Assembly (NCBI GenBank): GCA_951406725.2
Contig: OX597826.1
Span: 63,860,001 to 63,924,000, forward strand
From: Octopus vulgaris
Lineage: Eukaryota
Reading direction: 5' to 3'
Length of the DNA stretch: 64,000 bases
This document shows, piece by piece, positions 61,721-64,000 of this stretch (positions are counted from its first letter, which is position 1; the number at the start of each line of letters is the position of its first letter). A program made the translations under genes and the position numbers. The notes under the pieces were generated by a model. It was not told the DNA's origin, made no database searches, and was given only the letters and a program-made list of their open reading frames with translations.

Positions 61721-62750
61721 TTTATATTTTCAGCATACAAAAAAAAATGATTGAAAATGATTGAAACATACTTGTGGGAAAAGAGTTGAGAGTTCATTAT
61801 TATACATGTGCATCAATTAGGATTTCAATGCTCTACCTTGCTAGCTTACCTTATTTGTATGGAAGAGATTACAATATCTAGTACATATTCACTAAATATT
61901 CATTAACTGCTCACTAAGAACTACATTATCTTCTCTAAATAAATAGCTGTAAGTGTGAGAATGTGCATGTATGTGATTAATGTACAGAATTTCCTTTATG
62001 AATGTTGAGTTGGAGAAAAAACTGGGACATCCATTAATCAACTTAATGTTGAAGTATGAATATATTTCTTTAAATATTGTGCTTAATTATAACAGAAAGG
62101 CAAAGCATTAAGGACAGAAGAAGATTAACTGAGCTTTTGGTTTCACTTCTATCTATCTTCAGAGTTCTAGACTTGAGATGATGCTTATTTTAGTGTATTA
62201 AGGAATATATGATTGGTTGCCAAACCCAATTCTTACATACTTATTTTCTAATCATCATCACCACCATCACAAACACATATAAATAAAGCTTAGTAACTGT
62301 TATTTAGGTTAGGTCTTCCTTGACTGAAGAGAGACTGATGAGCAAAAACACGCTGCCTTTCCTTCCAACAATATATCATGGGCTACATTAGGTAAGGTGT
62401 CCTTTTTATTAAAGATAAAAGAGTATAATTAGGGGGGGGGGGATTTAGCTACTATTTCTAGAATGTTAAATGCCCTTGTTGGTTCTGTAAGTTCAGTAGG
62501 TTTTAACAGTCCTGTTTTTTCACATTTCTGATAGAAAACCCATGATGTATTTTAAACCAACACGGATATTTTGCATGTGTGTCACAACAAATATGATCTG
62601 TGGGTAAATTACAGGCCCTAAGTTCATTTATCACATTTTACAATCCATAACTAATTTCTTCACCCTTTTGTTTTTTCTAAGGTCCTTTAAAATCAAATTT
62701 AAAATGACTGAATATTTCCTTTGGTTCCATCTTTTAAATATTCAAATTAA

Positions 62751-62970
62751 CCCTTTAGCATTCAGATTACTCTGTCAAATGTAATATCTATTTATTCCCA
62801 TTGTTTGGAATGAATCATACATTATCTCATAGCCTTGAAATTTTAATCATGTGACTGTTTATTTTTAGAATGACATTGTAAGGTAGGCATGAGAGGCGAG
62901 ATCTGGCTGGTTTGAACATTAAACAATTAAAATATTTGGGCCAGATATGGTTAGTTTAACTGCTAAAGAG
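62751..62970. mobile_element. piggyBac-like TTAA MITE (~220 bp); other copies at ~9930-10110, 22934-23159, 25046-25271, 42795-43020, 47583-47798
   Basis: TTAA|CCCTTTAGCA ... TGCTAAAG(A/G)G|TTAA ends; the same internal sequence (TTTAGAATGACATTGT.GGGTAGGTGTGAG) in all copies. Confidence 0.75.
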
Positions 62971-63387
62971 TTGAACTATTCAATGTGCAATTGAAACATG
63001 TTCTTAATAACCAAGGTGAATTTTAAATAACAACAACACTGAACATTTGAATTTTTTGGAAATGTTTTAAATAGCATGAACTGAACTTTGCAATAAAAAT
63101 TGAAAACTGAACCTTTATTGAATATAAATGGTTTCTGAAGTCAATCAGAAGAACAGAAATAGACTTTAAAAATGAATTTTCTCATTCAATATCATGAGAG
63201 GTGATATTTGGTGGAGAAAGGTTTATGGAATATTCTAAAAATATATCAACTTTGAGAAAGAAAAGGAATTAACATGAAAATTAATAACAATATTTTTGAA
63301 ATTTGATATTAAAAGAAGGGAAAACTTAAAAGCCAAGCAGGATAACAATAATGAGAATTAAATAATGAAATAATTTACTGTAACAAT

Positions 63388-63463
63388 TTAACAAAATAGT
63401 GGTTCATCTTGAAAAATATCAAGTTGAGATGGATTGTCTTCCATTTTTGATGCTGTCAAAATC
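63388..63463 (-). CDS. Possible terminal coding exon of an unidentified minus-strand gene (ILTASKMEDNPSQLDIFQDEPLFC*)
   Basis: Very strong acceptor (long pyrimidine tract ...tttgttttctctag|G at 63464/63463), an open frame to TAA, and AATAAA on the minus strand at 63119-63114. Reading frame unconfirmed. Confidence 0.4.
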
Positions 63464-64000
63464 CTAGAGAAAACAAAAAAAAAGAAAAGAATAGGAGTAA
63501 TAAATTAGTGTGCATATATTAACGACAGAAGAATTAATGATTAACCTTTTTGTTAACTTCTTTCTGTTGAAATACACTGTCTTTGTTACAGTTAATTTTG
63601 AAAACAATAAAAGAATTAGTGAAGTAACTTTCATCATCATCATCATTTAACGTCCACTTTCCATGCTAGCATGGGTTGGACGATTTGACTGAGGTCTGGC
63701 AAACCAGATGGCTGCACCAGACTCCAGTCTGATCAGGCAGAGTTTCTACAGCTGGATGCCCTCCCTAATGCCAACCACACCGAGAGTGTAGTGGGTGCTT
63801 TTACATGCCACTAGCATGAGGGCCAGTCAGGCAGTACTGGCAACAGCCACGCTCAAATGGTGCTTTTTATGTGCCACCTGCACAGGAGCCAGTCCAGCGG
63901 CACTGGCAATGACCTCACTCGAATGTTTTTTCAAGTGCCACCAGCACAAGTGCCAGTAAGGCGACGCAGGTAACAATCACACTCGTTATTAAAGCTGATG

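Overview
AT-rich, microsatellite- and transposon-dense animal genomic DNA. The SINE/RTE/MITE repertoire looks like an octopus (cephalopod), which is an inference. Two complete spliced genes lie head-to-head, with their first exons about 1.1-1.3 kb apart: a FAM114A2/FAM114A-like Golgi protein on the minus strand (12 coding exons, 31934->5920, about 612 aa) and ZMAT2/Snu23 on the plus strand (6 coding exons, 37067->51939, about 197 aa). All junctions are GT-AG and phase-consistent. Possible terminal exons of neighbouring genes lie at both window edges. Introns hold a full-length dead mariner nested in a Helitron-like element, a 5'-truncated CR1 LINE, RTE LINE fragments, several tRNA-derived SINE families, and piggyBac-, hAT- and Tc2-like MITEs. 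Most notable: (1) an intact type I hammerhead ribozyme inside a small (TA)n-inserted element bracketed by perfect 42-bp inverted repeats (29958-30215), with a second minimal hammerhead at 40485-40534 and a decayed Penelope-like RT/GIY-YIG remnant nearby; (2) a roughly 600-bp near-perfect inverted duplication with a 32-bp minisatellite, directly beside a FAM114A2 splice acceptor, a likely long dsRNA/ADAR substrate. Almost all ORFs in the supplied track are spurious repeat translations. Coordinates were counted by hand; repeat boundaries are approximate.
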